A DNA stretch of 64,000 nt from Mobula hypostoma. Its lineage: Eukaryota. Below, piece after piece: positions 63,425 to 64,000 of this stretch; position 1 is the stretch's first letter, and each line of letters starts with the position of its first letter. Both the position numbers and the translations under genes were made by a program. The notes beneath the pieces are model-generated. The model saw only the letters and a program-made list of their open reading frames with translations, made no database searches and was not told the origin of the DNA. Where the stretch lies: contig NC_086097.1 of the NCBI RefSeq assembly GCF_963921235.1, positions 248,002,001 to 248,066,000 on the forward strand, read 5' to 3'.

Positions 63425-64000
63425 CCAGCTAGGTCCAGATGTCGATTTTAACCGATGTTTCGATGACTTGGCATGTCTGGTCCAGTGATATTTATACCCG
63501 TGTCATCCATCACTCCTCATTGGTTAGTCCTTAACCAATCAGGTTCCCTCTGTCCCACCTTGATTAAAATCATAAATCCAGTTCTGACTTGGAGCAGGAC
63601 ATACATCTTTGTTGAAATTCTTATTCTCCAGTCTTATTTCAATGGCTTCCTCACCAGGCGGTCCCGAAAGCCATCAGCGGGGTCTTGTGCTGCTGAAGTT
63701 TATTCTGTGGTCGTTGCAAATGCAATGCTCTGCTACCGCTGATTTCTCTGGGTAACCCAAACATATTCACCTCCTGTGCTCCTTGGTGTGGGTTTCCACC
63801 GTGCATCCCAGGTCATCTTTCACCTGCGTAAGCTGTGAATCGAGCTTCCTTACAGATTCGTGGATGGTACTTATCCGGTATTTCTTCAGGACCCTGGCGA
63901 TCCTTCTAGAAACTGTGGAAATATAGCGAAGACAGGCGGTAGCGATGGGTTGCTCCTCGTCGTTAGGTTTCCTGGTTTTTCCGTCAGCCCTCTTAAGGAC
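63425..64000 (-). mobile_element. Second PLE family fragment, running off the window end
   Basis: Minus strand encodes KEHRR...PEKSAVAEHCI.NDHRINF...EAIEIRLENKNFNKD, typical of a PLE GIY-YIG C-terminus and distinct from the 42849 family. Confidence 0.72.

Noticed and set aside
63440..63475. Hammerhead in the second PLE family
   Set aside because: Only a GAAAC-ATC half is visible on the minus strand, with no CUGANGA at the expected spacing.

Overview
This is eukaryotic (vertebrate) genomic DNA, most likely from a cartilaginous fish (shark or ray); that assignment is inferred from the V-SINE, CR1, Rex1 and Penelope repeat complement. The window lies inside one large + strand gene, VPS41 (HOPS tethering complex subunit). 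Nine internal coding exons (63, 66, 120, 147, 67, 98, 130, 116 and 57 nt; 864 nt, 288 codons) have canonical AG/GT boundaries and splice in frame, matching roughly residues 108-395 of human VPS41 as I recall that sequence. Start and stop codons lie outside the window. The introns are mostly decayed transposable elements: CR1 LINEs, Rex1/Babar-type LINE fragments, Penelope-like elements (PLEs), two Tc1 transposons, Tc1-type MITEs and tRNA-derived SINEs. Almost all ORFs in the supplied track are TE fragments or artefacts. The most notable structures are: (1) about a dozen PLE-derived minimal hammerhead-ribozyme motifs, one with an intact core, several in short fold-back insertions; (2) a 5.6 kb G-rich 33-bp minisatellite that arose inside a PLE and has higher-order periods of 1048, 1912 and 2960 bp; (3) a recent duplication-inversion rearrangement of a PLE that forms a 447-bp inverted repeat; (4) a composite MITE bounded by two mini-MITEs. 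No prokaryotic-type system (CRISPR, operon) is present. TE boundaries are approximate unless a TSD or TIR is cited, and family names come from motif recognition, not database searches.
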